Of a stretch of DNA of 64,000 nucleotides, positions 1 through 10,426 are shown one piece after another (the stretch's first letter is position 1; every line of letters starts with the position of its first letter). Position numbers and translations under genes: made by a program. Under the pieces are notes generated by a model. The model was not told the origin of the DNA, searched no databases, and saw only the letters and a list, made by a program, of their open reading frames with translations. This DNA is from Candidatus Latescibacterota bacterium (GTDB taxonomy: Bacteria; Latescibacterota; UBA2968; GCA-2709665): the NCBI GenBank assembly GCA_965248435.1, contig OZ252100.1, positions 5,312,001 through 5,376,000 of the forward strand. The letters are read 5' to 3'.

Positions 1-1932
1 TCTCTGCACCGAATTACGAGTGATCCGTACGACGAAAAACACCTCGATTGGTCTCCGGATGGCGAATGGATTGCCATCAGTTCAGATCGGCCCAGTGTGG
101 GCATGGCGTTCGAAGAGGGAAAAGACTTCGCCTTTGGCCAGTACGACATCTTCCTACTCCGCCCGGACGGATCCGAGATGCGTCGCGTGGTTTCGGGCGA
201 AGCCACGGATATAGATCCTTCCTGGGGGCCTGATGGAAAGAAGCTGGCCTTTGTTTCCGACCGAACTGGGGTGAAGAACGCCTTCGTCGTCGAACTTGCC
301 GATTCTTCAATTTACCCTGTCACCAATCTCCTTTCAGGGGCTAAATATCTGGACTGGTCGGCAGATGGCAAGAAAATGGCATTTACGTCATTTCATAAAG
401 GTGGATTCGACGTCTTCGTGTTGAAGGATCCCCTTGAAAATAGGAAGAAAATGGAGGATCTTCCTTTGACTCGGTTCGCAAAGCGAACAAAGGGCATCGA
501 TGACAAGTCTTTTGTCGAGCTTCAGCGAGAGCATGAGAAAGAGAAGAAGAAGCAAGCGGAAGCAGCCTTGGAATCCGAGAAGCCCGAAGAGGTCCAGGTC
601 AACGAGGAGACTTCCGATACTACCCTGATCGAACGAAAAATCGAGAAGTGGGTTTCTGATCAGATGCTGCTTGCTGCTGCAGAATCAGAAGTCGTTCCCG
701 ATACAGAGCAGAAGGAAGAAGCTGATGCTGACACCAGTGGGATCCAGGACCAACTCCAGCCATCCTTGAAAGATTGGAACAAGGAATTCCAGGTCCACAA
801 ATACAAAGTTCAGTTCAAGCCCGAGATTTTTTCTGCGAACGCGGGGTTCGACACATTCTACGGTGTCAGCAGTCTGGTCTCGCTCTCTTTGAGTGATGTG
901 CTGGGCGACCACCGTTTGATCATACAGACCGGCCTGAGCTTTTCGCTCAAAGACAGCGACTTATTCGTAACGTATGCGAATCTGAAGCGTCAGACGAATT
1001 ACTATGCGCAGGTCTTTCATACGAGACTCTTCTTCTTCAGCAACAACGTCCTGAATGCGGACCGATACTATGGCCTGGTGTTGGGGATTGAAAAACCCTT
1101 CAACCGGTTTAGCCGTTTCGAGGGGGGTGCACGATTCATCACCATCTCAAGAGAGCGGCTGGACACCTTTAACAACCAATTCGTGCGCGGTGGTTTCGTG
1201 GGCGGGACGACTCGAGGCCTTAATGGGACGCCAATCGCGACGGAGCGGTCCTTAATCTCGGAAGTGGCATTGGTGGACGACAGTACGATGTGGGGACTCT
1301 ACGGTCCGGTCGACGGACGCAGGGCTCGGATCTCTTTCGAGGGGAGTGCTGCCGGGATGAAGTTCGGCACGGCTCGCATGGATTTGCGTAAATATTTCCG
1401 GGTGCTCAAGGAGTATACGTTCGCACTGCGACTCGCAGGCGGGGCGAGTTTCGGACGAAACAAAGAGGTCTTCTACGTCGGAGGGGTGAACAACCCGGTC
1501 AATCCGAGGTTCTCCACCGCGAGTACTAATGTGGATCCCAACAGGGTCGGTTTCTCCAGTTTCGTTTGGCCGCTGAGGGGCGTAGAGCTGTTTGACCTGG
1601 CCGGAGATAGCTTTGTCCTGGCGAATGTCGCGTTTCGATTTCCTTTGCTCCACAAGTTGGCGATGGGATGGCCGTTGCCCTTCCTTTTCCAGAACGTCCA
1701 GGGCGAGCTCTTCCTCGACGTCGGGAGCGCCTTTAATCGGGATGGCTTTAATCCCTGGGAATATCGGGACGGAGGTTTCGAACTTCGGGACCTCAAGGCG
1801 GGCTACGGACTGGGTGCACGGGTGAATCTGGGCATTTTCCTCTTCCGATACGATCTGGCCTGGCCGACCGATTTCGCTCAGACCTTCAGTCCCTTGCAGT
1901 ACTTCTCTGTCGATGTGACCGGTCTGTTTTAA
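1..1932 (+). CDS. PD40/TolB-like beta-propeller + Omp85/BamA-like C-terminal barrel protein (5' end outside window)
   Basis: Frame open from base 1; repeated WSPDG/WGPDG/WSADG PD40 motifs; C-terminus with FYVGG, PLRG, GYGLGARVNLG...RYDLAWP and terminal Phe typical of Omp85 barrels. Confidence 0.8.
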   Translation, partial: SLHRITSDPYDEKHLDWSPDGEWIAISSDRPSVGMAFEEGKDFAFGQYDIFLLRPDGSEMRRVVSGEATDIDPSWGPDGKKLAFVSDRTGVKNAFVVELADSSIYPVTNLLSGAKYLDWSADGKKMAFTSFHKGGFDVFVLKDPLENRKKMEDLPLTRFAKRTKGIDDKSFVELQREHEKEKKKQAEAALESEKPEEVQVNEETSDTTLIERKIEKWVSDQMLLAAAESEVVPDTEQKEEADADTSGIQDQLQPSLKDWNKEFQVHKYKVQFKPEIFSANAGFDTFYGVSSLVSLSLSDVLGDHRLIIQTGLSFSLKDSDLFVTYANLKRQTNYYAQVFHTRLFFFSNNVLNADRYYGLVLGIEKPFNRFSRFEGGARFITISRERLDTFNNQFVRGGFVGGTTRGLNGTPIATERSLISEVALVDDSTMWGLYGPVDGRRARISFEGSAAGMKFGTARMDLRKYFRVLKEYTFALRLAGGASFGRNKEVFYVGGVNNPVNPRFSTASTNVDPNRVGFSSFVWPLRGVELFDLAGDSFVLANVAFRFPLLHKLAMGWPLPFLFQNVQGELFLDVGSAFNRDGFNPWEYRDGGFELRDLKAGYGLGARVNLGIFLFRYDLAWPTDFAQTFSPLQYFSVDVTGLF

Positions 1933-2189
1933 CGTGTAACCTCAACACGGTGGCGGCGTGGCAGCAGCATCTGGTCTTCAGCCGGGACAGAAATCCAGAA
2001 TCTGTTCTCATTGCGGGTGTGGGATTCCCGCAAAGGTATCAACCTGCGACTTCTGTGGTGGGAGTCTGGATCCAGTTACGTCGAAAGGTGAGGGAGTATG
2101 CTGGAGTTGTCGTATCGTGGCGGGAATCTCTGGTCTGATTCTCCTGGTTGGGCTGGCGATGTTTCTGTTTCAGACCAGCCAGCCCTGAG
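669..2189 (+). repeat. Left copy of ~1.52 kb direct repeat flanking the island
   Basis: Matches 60725-62245 (offset 60056) with about 20 substitutions seen by eye; ends exactly at the IS3 end at 2190. Confidence 0.95.
1958..2188 (+). CDS. Small Zn-ribbon membrane protein
   Basis: CxxC...CxxC plus CWSC and C-terminal hydrophobic helix; conserved in second copy 62014-62244. Confidence 0.6.
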   Translation: MAAASGLQPGQKSRICSHCGCGIPAKVSTCDFCGGSLDPVTSKGEGVCWSCRIVAGISGLILLVGLAMFLFQTSQP

Positions 2190-2219
2190 TGATGTGGCCT
2201 TGAAAAAGTGGACGGTGAA

Positions 2220-3065
2220 CTAAGCCGCTTTTTGGTGTTCGAAGGCGGCTGGAGATACGTAATCCAAAGACGCGTGCAGCCGCTGGTTGTTGTAGAAGAC
2301 CTCGATGTATTCGAAGAGTTCTGGCTCGGCGTGCTCGAGGTCGTCCAGGTCGATGTGGTAAGCCCACTCGGTCTTGAGGGACCGGAAAAGGGACTCGGAC
2401 ACTGCGTTGTCCCAGCAGTTCCCCTTTCGGCTCATGCTCTGGACGAACCCATATTCGGCGATCTTTTCCCGGAACCCCTCGCAGCAGTATTGGATGCCGC
2501 GGTCGGAGTGGATCATCAGCCCCTTTGGCGGACGCCGGGCACGGATAGCACGCGAGAGCGCCTTGAGGACCATCTCGTGCCGCAGGCTGGTGCTCACGCA
2601 CCACCCGACGATGCGCCGCGAGAACAGGTCGATGAAGACCGCCAGATACAACCAGCCAGCCTTGCTCGGCAGATACGTAATGTCGCTGGCCCACACCCTG
2701 TTCGGCGCGTCGATGTCAAAATTGCGATCCAGCAGGTTCGGCGCCGCAGCCAGATGGTGATTCGAGTCCGTTGTGGCCCTGAACTTCCGTGCGACCTTCG
2801 ACCGCAGGCCCTGCCGGCGCATCGATTGGGCAACTCGCGTGCGGCTGCACGGATGGCACTGGCCGGTCAAATACCGGGCGATCTTCGTGCTGCCGTAGCG
2901 AGCTTTGTGCGCCTCGAACGCCGCTCTGACTCGGGCGTCCAGAAGCCGCCGGGCCCTCTTTCTGGCGCTCTCGGGCCGCAGCAGCCAGGCATAGAAACCG
3001 CTCTTGGATACCTCCAGGACCTTCGCCATCCTCTCCACCGAAAATTCCCAGCGGTGGTCCCTCAT
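2220..3065 (-). CDS. IS3 transposase OrfB (DDE)
   Basis: WASDITY, HSDRG, CWDNAVSES motifs. Confidence 0.95.
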   Translation of the reverse strand: MRDHRWEFSVERMAKVLEVSKSGFYAWLLRPESARKRARRLLDARVRAAFEAHKARYGSTKIARYLTGQCHPCSRTRVAQSMRRQGLRSKVARKFRATTDSNHHLAAAPNLLDRNFDIDAPNRVWASDITYLPSKAGWLYLAVFIDLFSRRIVGWCVSTSLRHEMVLKALSRAIRARRPPKGLMIHSDRGIQYCCEGFREKIAEYGFVQSMSRKGNCWDNAVSESLFRSLKTEWAYHIDLDDLEHAEPELFEYIEVFYNNQRLHASLDYVSPAAFEHQKAA

Positions 3066-3376
3066 GAACCGGAACCGGCTTTCGGTGTCTTTGAAAAGAT
3101 GGCGACTGCTTTTTTTAGGATGTCCCGTTCCTCACGAGCGATCTCCAGCTCGCGACGCAGACGGCGGTTCTCCTCCTCCAGGGGCTTCTGGTGCCCCGTA
3201 CCCGGGAAGGACTCTTCAGGGTCGGCTTCAAGTTCCTTGCGCCACGTGCGGATCGCTCCCTGGTACAGCCCCAGGTCTCGCTCTACCTGCCGATCCGTCA
3301 CGTCGCCGGCATCCGCGATCCGGACTGCTTCACGCTTGAAATCGGAATCAAATGTCCGTTTCGGTTTCCCTTTCAT
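3062..3376 (-). CDS. IS3 transposase OrfA (HTH)
   Basis: FKREAV...ERDILKKA; GGAGG RBS. Confidence 0.9.
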   Translation of the reverse strand: MKGKPKRTFDSDFKREAVRIADAGDVTDRQVERDLGLYQGAIRTWRKELEADPEESFPGTGHQKPLEEENRRLRRELEIAREERDILKKAVAIFSKTPKAGSGS

Positions 3377-3439
3377 AGACACACCTCCTGACGGAAGATA
3401 CTTTGGTTCTCGGTGTGTCCACAATTTCAAAACGCCTCA

Positions 3440-3753
3440 AGGGGGCTGTTCACCTTTTACGATTTCCCGGCCGCTCCCTGGCGACACCTCCGGTCCACCA
3501 ATCCCATCGAATCCACCTTCAGCACCGTTCGAGACCGCACACGCCAGACCAAAGGATGCGGCTCTCGAAATGCCACGATGATGATGGTCTACAAACTGGC
3601 AGACCAAGCCCAAAAACACTGGCACAGATTACACAGTCACAAACTCATTGAACTCGTCGTCCAAGGCGTCGAATTCCAGGATGGAGACGTTAAAGCCGCA
3701 GCTTAATCCATCAGGATCCGCTCCCCGCCATCCACAACATTTGACAATATCTC
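3440..3753 (+). pseudogene. IS256-family transposase 3' remnant with right end
   Basis: LFTFYDFPAAPWRHLRSTNPIESTFSTVR motif; ends ACAACATTTGACAATATCTC. Confidence 0.8.
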
Positions 3754-3880
3754 GTTGCGCTATCTGGCGAGGAATCGCTACAACAGTAATCTTCTTGTTG
3801 AAAAGCAGAAAAACCGGAAAAACAGAGAAAGTGATGTCCGCTCCTTTATTCCATTCCTGATGACAAAAAACAACACGGAC

Positions 3881-3984
3881 GCTTAACACGCGATGCCCGC
3901 TACACTCCCTTCGGTCATTCGGCCCTCCGGGCACATTACCTCCGCTACGCTCCGGCAACGTCGGGTATCGCGAGGCCGTTAACG
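3881..3984 (+). repeat. attC-like site
   Basis: GCTTAAC...GTTAACG with inner arms CGCGATGCCCG / CGGGTATCGCG; next gene starts 34 bp later. Confidence 0.8.
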
Positions 3985-4017
3985 GAAATCGCCCCTACCA
4001 CCCCAAAGGAGGGAAAA

Positions 4018-5331
4018 ATGAAACTCTGGGTATTCACCTGCAGTGACAGCCCGTTCGAACACTGGCTCGACGGGTTCGAGGAGCGGTTCGACGCCTGGGC
4101 GGATAGCGGCGTGCGCGGTCTGGCCGTCGGCCGCATGGCATTCCTCCAAGAGGATGGCACCGCCATTCCGGCGTGGGCTCCCGACCCGAAGGTGTACGAG
4201 GCCCTGGGGGCGGAAGTCCCGGAGCAGCGTCCGCGCGACCTCTCAAAAGAGAAGAAGCTGCACGCAATGCTGGACAACGCCGCGGAGCGGGGCTGGCGAC
4301 TACTGATTTTCGCCGGAGGCGGCCCGACCGCCCACGTGCAGGACCAAATGAACGCCTTTCCACAGGTGCACGGCGTCATTGTCGACGGTCCGGGCGAAAA
4401 CCACTACGAGCTGGCCTTCCACCACGGGGGCGAGCTCCTGGAGATCCGTCCGGGTGAGGAGGGCCGCTTCGCCCAGGTCGGCGCCGAGATTGATCGAATA
4501 CAACGCGGCATCACCCACTTTCGGGAGCGTTTGCACAATCTGACACCGGAAATGGTGCGGTACCACGCCGACGGGGGGATGCTGGGGGCAATGCTCCTGT
4601 TCGACGTCAACGAGGACGTGCTCTACTGGCTGCGCAAGCGGCAGGAGCTCTCTCGCTTCGACTGGCAGTACATGCGGCAACAGGTCGACGCCGTCGATCG
4701 CAAGGTGGAGTTGGGCGGTATCCCGCGGGCCGTGACGTGGTCATCGCTCACCGGACAGAATTACTGTCAGATGGCGGAGTATTTCGACTATATCTTTCCG
4801 AAACACTATTTTTGGCACCGCGGCATGGACGGCATGTACGGAACCATATCCCGCTGGGTAAGACGATTGCGAAAGTGGAATCCGTCCCTGAGCGAGGCGG
4901 AGTGTTTCGCTGTAGTGAAGGCGCTGTTGGGCATCGAGCTGCCTGGCATCAACTCGCTTATGGACATGGAGATGGGTTTCCCCGACGAATTCTTCTCCAG
5001 GGTGGTCTACAACGAGACTCGGCGGGCCCTGGCGGCCATAGGTGATCCCGACAAGGTGATAGCCTGGGTGTCCACGGGGCGCCGCCCCCACGGCGGCGAC
5101 CCGATGCAGGCGCGCGATCTCTACGGCATCCTGACTGCTTCGCAGGAGGCGGGGTTGAAGCGCTTCCTATACCATCCCGAGCCGGATTTCAGGGCGGCGG
5201 AATGGACCATCATCTCGTCGCTGTGCGGAAACCAATGGGATGAAGACGCCGACGGGTACTGGCCGACGGGGACCGACAAGCCAGGCGTCTGGGACGGCGG
5301 GCGCGAGGTACCCGAAGGGGGCCGAATATGA
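4018..5331 (+). CDS. Hypothetical protein (possible TIM-barrel), cassette-like
   Basis: 437 aa ORF, strong GGAGG RBS, coherent codon usage; directly follows attC. Confidence 0.75.
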   Translation: MKLWVFTCSDSPFEHWLDGFEERFDAWADSGVRGLAVGRMAFLQEDGTAIPAWAPDPKVYEALGAEVPEQRPRDLSKEKKLHAMLDNAAERGWRLLIFAGGGPTAHVQDQMNAFPQVHGVIVDGPGENHYELAFHHGGELLEIRPGEEGRFAQVGAEIDRIQRGITHFRERLHNLTPEMVRYHADGGMLGAMLLFDVNEDVLYWLRKRQELSRFDWQYMRQQVDAVDRKVELGGIPRAVTWSSLTGQNYCQMAEYFDYIFPKHYFWHRGMDGMYGTISRWVRRLRKWNPSLSEAECFAVVKALLGIELPGINSLMDMEMGFPDEFFSRVVYNETRRALAAIGDPDKVIAWVSTGRRPHGGDPMQARDLYGILTASQEAGLKRFLYHPEPDFRAAEWTIISSLCGNQWDEDADGYWPTGTDKPGVWDGGREVPEGGRI

Positions 5332-5445
5332 GCAAGATCTCTGACTCGTTGCGGGAGGGTTTCCCGCGGGCGCGAACGATAAGCGGCAAAAACTGAAGGC
5401 GCGCAAGAACCACTGCCTGCCACCTCGAAATTTTGGAGATGTGAA

Positions 5446-5843
5446 ATGAATGATTCCCCGTCATACTCAGTTGCGGTAATTGCAGATATTCACGGCAACG
5501 TCGCTGCACTCAACGCTGTTCTTGAGGATCTGCAAAGCCAACCCTATGATCGTCTGGTGGTCGCCGGCGACCTGGTGCTGAACGGACCCCGCCCGGTCGA
5601 GAGTCTTGACGCGATACGAAATCTGGGCGCTCCCACGATTTACGGGAACGCAGACCTGTTGGTCTTTGATGAACAGTATTCCGAGGAAAGACTGGACTGG
5701 GTGAGAGAGAAGCTGGGAACAGATGGCTTGAGCTATCTGAAGGGTCTGCCCTTTGAGTACAGGATAACGCCACCGGGAGGGCAGTCTCCGGAGGATGATC
5801 TTCTCATTGTGCACGCAACGCCTACTGATGTGACCGGTATGTA
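5446..5843 (+). pseudogene. Metallophosphoesterase, 5' part (IS3-interrupted)
   Basis: ADIHGN, GDLV, GNAD, VHAT motifs; cut by IS at 5844. Confidence 0.85.
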
Positions 5844-5906
5844 TGAGGCGTTTTGAAATTGTGGACACACCGAGAACCAAAGTATCTTCCGTCAGGAGGT
5901 GTGTCT

Positions 5907-6221
5907 ATGAAAGGGAAACCGAAACGGACATTTGATTCCGATTTCAAGCGTGAAGCAGTCCGGATCGCGGATGCCGGCGACGTGACGGATCGGCAGGTAG
6001 AGCGAGACCTGGGGCTGTACCAGGGAGCGATCCGCACGTGGCGCAAGGAACTTGAAGCCGACCCTGAAGAGTCCTTCCCGGGTACGGGGCACCAGAAGCC
6101 CCTGGAGGAGGAGAACCGCCGTCTGCGTCGCGAGCTGGAGATCGCTCGTGAGGAACGGGACATCCTAAAAAAAGCAGTCGCCATCTTTTCAAAGACACCG
6201 AAAGCCGGTTCCGGTTCATGA
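5907..6221 (+). CDS. IS3 transposase OrfA
   Basis: Identical to copy 1 OrfA. Confidence 0.9.
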   Translation: MKGKPKRTFDSDFKREAVRIADAGDVTDRQVERDLGLYQGAIRTWRKELEADPEESFPGTGHQKPLEEENRRLRRELEIAREERDILKKAVAIFSKTPKAGSGS

Positions 6222-7063
6222 GGGACCACCGCTGGGAATTTTCGGTGGAGAGGATGGCGAAGGTCCTGGAGGTATCCAAGAGCGGTTTCTATGCCTGGCT
6301 GCTGCGGCCCGAGAGCGCCAGAAAGAGGGCCCGGCGGCTTCTGGACGCCCGAGTCAGAGCGGCGTTCGAGGCGCACAAAGCTCGCTACGGCAGCACGAAG
6401 ATCGCCCGGTATTTGACCGGCCAGGGCCATCCGTGCAGCCGCACGCGAGTTGCCCAATCGATGCGCCGGCAGGGCCTGCGGTCGAAGGTCGCACGGAAGT
6501 TCAGGGCCACAACGGACTCGAATCACCATCTGGCTGCGGCGCCGAACCTGCTGGATCGCAATTTTGACATCGACGCGCCGAACAGGGTGTGGGCCAGCGA
6601 CATTACGTATCTGCCGAGCAAGGCTGGCTGGTTGTATCTGGCGGTCTTCATCGACCTGTTCTCGCGGCGCATCGTCGGGTGGTGCGTGAGCACCAGCCTG
6701 CGGCACGAGATGGTCCTCAAGGCGCTCTCGCGTGCTATCCGTGCCCGGCGTCCGCCAAAGGGGCTGATGATCCACTCCGACCGCGGCATCCAATACTGCT
6801 GCGAGGGGTTCCGGGAAAAGATCGCCGAATATGGGTTCGTCCAGAGCATGAGCCGAAAGGGGAACTGCTGGGACAACGCAGTGTCCGAGTCCCTTTTCCG
6901 GTCCCTCAAGACCGAGTGGGCTTACCACATCGACCTGGACGACCTCGAGCACGCCGAGCCAGAACTCTTCGAATACATCGAGGTCTTCTACAACAACCAG
7001 CGGCTGCACGCGTCTTTGGATTACGTATCTCCAGCCGCCTTCGAACACCAAAAAGCGGCTTAG
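6218..7063 (+). CDS. IS3 transposase OrfB
   Basis: DDE motifs. Confidence 0.95.
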   Translation: MRDHRWEFSVERMAKVLEVSKSGFYAWLLRPESARKRARRLLDARVRAAFEAHKARYGSTKIARYLTGQGHPCSRTRVAQSMRRQGLRSKVARKFRATTDSNHHLAAAPNLLDRNFDIDAPNRVWASDITYLPSKAGWLYLAVFIDLFSRRIVGWCVSTSLRHEMVLKALSRAIRARRPPKGLMIHSDRGIQYCCEGFREKIAEYGFVQSMSRKGNCWDNAVSESLFRSLKTEWAYHIDLDDLEHAEPELFEYIEVFYNNQRLHASLDYVSPAAFEHQKAA

Positions 7064-7093
7064 TTCACCGTCCACTTTTTCAAGGCCACATCA

Positions 7094-7433
7094 GTTCAGT
7101 CTTCGGACGGTTACTCCGGAAGAGGAAGCCAGGACATTGCTGGGGGATGCGGAGGCCAATCTGATTGTGGCAGGACACCTTCACTACGCGTCCTATGGCG
7201 TTCCGTGCGGTCAGCGATATAGCATCATTGATTCAGTTGGGTTTCCGTTTGATGGGGATCATCAAGTTGGATATGCCAGAGTGTGGTGGGATGGGCAGGA
7301 ATGGCTTGTGGAAAACCACAGATTAAGTTACGATTACCACAAGGTTGTGGAGGATGTCAGGTGTTGTGGTGCGCCTTTTGGTGAGTTGTCAGCCAAAAGG
7401 ATCCTTCAAGCCAGATTCAGGCCGGTCATGTAG
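7094..7433 (+). pseudogene. Metallophosphoesterase, 3' part
   Basis: GHLH and SVGFPFDGD motifs complete the fold begun at 5446. Confidence 0.8.
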
Positions 7434-7439
7434 AATCAG

Positions 7440-7521
7440 AAGCCTGATGGTGCGCGCTTTATCTCTGCCCGTGATAGGCTTCGCCGTGATGGGGCTGCCA
7501 GCGGTTTACAGGCCGTTATGC
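7440..7521 (+). repeat. Degenerate attC-like site
   Basis: Ends GGCCGTTATGC like other sites; left arm not recognisable. Confidence 0.4.
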
Positions 7522-7548
7522 GAAGCGGCGAAAAGGAAATAAAGCGCC

Positions 7549-8199
7549 ATGCTGAATGCCATTCTTTGGGACAACGACGGCGTCCTGGTCGACACCGAAG
7601 GCCTGTACTTCCAGGCCTGCCGCGAAACCCTGGAACGCCTCGGCGTCCGCCTGAGCGAAGCCCGTTTCATCGAGCTCTTCCTCAAGGCCAGCGAAGGCCT
7701 TACCAGGATCGCCGCCGAACACCGCATAGACGAACAGGCGCTGGAGCCCGCCCGCATCTGGCGCAACGCCCGCTACACCGAACTGTTGCGCGCCGGCGTA
7801 CCCGTCATCGACGGCGCCCGCCAGGTGCTGCACCAACTCCACGGCACGGTGCGCATGGGCATCGTCACCAGTTCGCGGCGGGAGCACTTTGAGATCATCC
7901 ACGCCGCCACCGGCCTGCTGGACTGCATCGATTTCACGCTCGTGCGCGAAGACTACCGGCATTCCAAGCCCGACCCCGAGCCCTACCTCACGGCCATGCG
8001 GCAAAACGGCCTCAGCGCCGCCGAATGCGTCGTAATCGAAGACTCGGACCGGGGGCTGCGCGCCGCACTGGCGGCCGGGCTGCGCTGCATCGTCATACCG
8101 CAGGGCCTGACGCGCGGCCTGGACTTCACCGGCGCCCTGCGGCAACTGACCGATATCCGTCAGGTCCCACCGCTGATCCATGAACTTATGCAAACTTAG
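7549..8199 (+). CDS. HAD-superfamily hydrolase (CbbY/beta-PGM-like)
   Basis: DNDGVLVD, KPDPEPY, IEDSDRG motifs. Confidence 0.9.
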   Translation: MLNAILWDNDGVLVDTEGLYFQACRETLERLGVRLSEARFIELFLKASEGLTRIAAEHRIDEQALEPARIWRNARYTELLRAGVPVIDGARQVLHQLHGTVRMGIVTSSRREHFEIIHAATGLLDCIDFTLVREDYRHSKPDPEPYLTAMRQNGLSAAECVVIEDSDRGLRAALAAGLRCIVIPQGLTRGLDFTGALRQLTDIRQVPPLIHELMQT

Positions 8200-8279
8200 T
8201 ACTGTTTCAATTAAGTTTCTTGCGTTCAATCCCACCCGTTACGGACGAAAAGCTTGAGGGGTAGGATTTGAAAATCAAA

Positions 8280-8762
8280 GGGGGCAAAAGCAAAGACAAT
8301 AATATCCACGTCTTTTGGACATGCACTGGATTTCCTCAAGAAAGGACATAAAACGAAAGACCCCTTCAGAGTGTCTACGACTGTCTCGTTCCCGGGGGAC
8401 GTTTGCTATTGAATTTCTACGTTCCGTCCTACGTAGACGATTTGCTCCTCCATCAAGAATCTCCACATGCTGAAGAGAGATTTGGCGAGTTTATCAATCC
8501 CGAGACCGAGAAAGAGATCGAGGTAAGCTACTCGAAGATCTGCGACCATTCGTCACAAACGGAAAGCTACACCTGGACCTTTAGGCATGACTGTGAGACA
8601 GCAAAAGTGCCGATGCGTGCACGATGGATCTACCCGGAAGAGTTCCAATTGCTGTTGCGTCTGGGAGGATTCGATCGTTGGCAGTTCTTCGGAAGCCAAG
8701 ATTGTGAGCCATACGTCGGATCGGCGAAGGAAACCAACACCTATTGGGTGGTCGCCAGGTAG
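8280..8762 (+). pseudogene. C-terminal remnant of SAM methyltransferase-like gene
   Basis: RWIYPEEFQLLLRLGGF tail typical of class I methyltransferases; no intact N-terminus. Confidence 0.5.
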
Positions 8763-8814
8763 ACGTGTCGAACCGCGTTACGTTGCGGGCGATACAATTT
8801 GGGTATCGCACGTC

Positions 8815-8911
8815 AGATAACAGCACAGTTTGCGCTGCTGCTGCGGTCGCCGCCTTGGCCATCGGCAACGCCTCGTCAGCTCGGCCCTCGCAAACCGGCA
8901 TAACGTTAACA
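8815..8911 (+). repeat. attC-like site
   Basis: AGATAAC...GTTTGCG...CGCAAAC...AACGTTAACA. Confidence 0.75.
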
Positions 8912-9116
8912 GAAAGCACGCGCCAAAGTCAAAACAGGCGGCCGTCCCGGCCGCCAGGAAAATCTTTGAACCACTTCTCTTGCTTGATGGATTTGTTCGA
9001 CAGCGAATGAGCTATACGGAGTTTTTTCGACCAGATTTTTCCGTATAGGCAAGAGTTCGCGGCGAGAAGACCAATATGAGTGCACAATAAGTGAAAGGCT
9101 ACCCGGTGACGGTCAA

Positions 9117-9992
9117 ATGAAGCTACACATTCTCGGTAACGGTGGTCCGCGTCCCAGCCGTATGGGTGAACGCTACGGGTGTTCCTGCATTCTCGAGATC
9201 GGTGACGATCGTATCATGGTTGATTGCGGCCCCGGCACCACCTACAAGATGGCGCGCATGGGAATGAGTCCTACACAGGTGAATTCGGTTTTCCTAACTC
9301 ACCATCATTCGGATCATATCGTTGATTTCCCGTGTTTTGCCTTGCTACGGTTCGATCTAGACCCCGGCGATCTTCCTCCCCTCAGAATCTTTGGTCCGCC
9401 TCCGACTGTCGAATTCGTCGATCGCCTTTTTGGCAAGGACGGCGCCTTCCTTTCCGACATTGTTGCGCGTCGAGAACACCACATCAGCCACCACGGGCAC
9501 GTGGGGAGAGGCGGAACGCTTCCCCGTCCGGGCATGAAGGTCGATGTATCCGACATCAGTTCAGGAGCGGTTGTCGAGGGGAAAGGTTGGAAGGCGACGG
9601 CTGTACAGGTTCCTCATGTCGAGCCTTACCTAACCGAGCTAGCGTACCGGATCGATACGGATAGCGGCAGCGTGCTCTTCCTGTGCGATGCAGCGGACTG
9701 TCCCGAACTGAGGCCATTGGCCAGGGGGGTTGATACATTCGTTACGGGGCTCTCTATGCGCAATTTCAAGGAGAATGACGAAGATGCTTCGCATCCGATC
9801 CGGGGCGTCAGCGCGGACATATCAGAGGTCGGTGACATCGCTAATGAAGCTGGAATCTCGAGGGTCGTGGTCATCCACTGCGGTTCGCCGCGCAGTGAGG
9901 ACATCGTCGGCAGGCTCCGCGGAGGCTACCATGGGAATGGATATAGCGGTTGTATCGTGCGTCCTGACGAGCTTACGACTGTTGAGATATAG
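9117..9992 (+). CDS. MBL-fold metallo-hydrolase (RNase Z/AtsA-like)
   Basis: VDCG, THHHSDH, VPH, AYRID motifs. Confidence 0.9.
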   Translation: MKLHILGNGGPRPSRMGERYGCSCILEIGDDRIMVDCGPGTTYKMARMGMSPTQVNSVFLTHHHSDHIVDFPCFALLRFDLDPGDLPPLRIFGPPPTVEFVDRLFGKDGAFLSDIVARREHHISHHGHVGRGGTLPRPGMKVDVSDISSGAVVEGKGWKATAVQVPHVEPYLTELAYRIDTDSGSVLFLCDAADCPELRPLARGVDTFVTGLSMRNFKENDEDASHPIRGVSADISEVGDIANEAGISRVVVIHCGSPRSEDIVGRLRGGYHGNGYSGCIVRPDELTTVEI

Positions 9993-10117
9993 GTTGTGTA
10001 AGAGCGAGGAATCGGCCTCAACCCAGCACGGATAATTGATCTTCGACATTCTACCGTATGTTGGGGATTTCTATGTAGCAGCTGTGGTGTCTGGCGCAAT
10101 AAGAGAAGAGACCGAAA

Positions 10118-10258
10118 CGCCAACCAGTTGCTCCTTCTGACCGGATTCCGCTTGGCCCTTCGGGCACACCTGCTTCTGTCACGTCATTTGCTCAGTGACG
10201 CAAATGCCGCGCCAGCCCAGCGGGACAGCAGGCGTCGTAAACCTGAAGAACGTTATGC
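10118..10258 (+). repeat. attC-like site
   Basis: CGCCAAC...CTGTCACGTCATTTGC..GCAAATGCCGCGCCAG...GAACGTTATGC. Confidence 0.7.
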
Positions 10259-10426
10259 AAAACTGGCGCAAGAAACCCAACACCCCCACCCAGAAAATCG
10301 CGCACAAGAAACAATAACCACTCCATCCTGATTTCTTCACAGCGAATGGATTTACCTCTCGATCTCATTGTAAGCTCTGCGGGTTCACGCGAAGATCAGG
10401 GAGTAATTCAATACCAGGAGAAACCA

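Larger units (their letters stand above)
2190..3439 (-). mobile_element. IS3-family element A, copy 1 (1250 bp)
   Basis: Terminal IRs TGAGGCGTTTTGAAATTGTGGACAC / TGATGTGGCCTTGAAAAAGTGGACGG; orfA + DDE orfB; 4 near-identical copies in window. Confidence 0.95.
5844..7093 (+). mobile_element. IS3-family element A, copy 2
   Basis: Same IRs and ORFs as copy 1; no clean target duplication (gta/gtt). Confidence 0.95.

Noticed and set aside
669-2189. Diversity-generating retroelement template/variable repeat pair
   Set aside because: Mismatches are not adenine-specific, the repeat is 1.5 kb, and no reverse transcriptase is present
2208-3581. Long antisense ORFs over IS elements (also 5822-7075, 42331-43326)
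   Set aside because: Shadow frames of transposases
5332-5400. attC after the 4018 gene
   Set aside because: GAACGATAAGC resembles the family end but lacks GTT and a left arm
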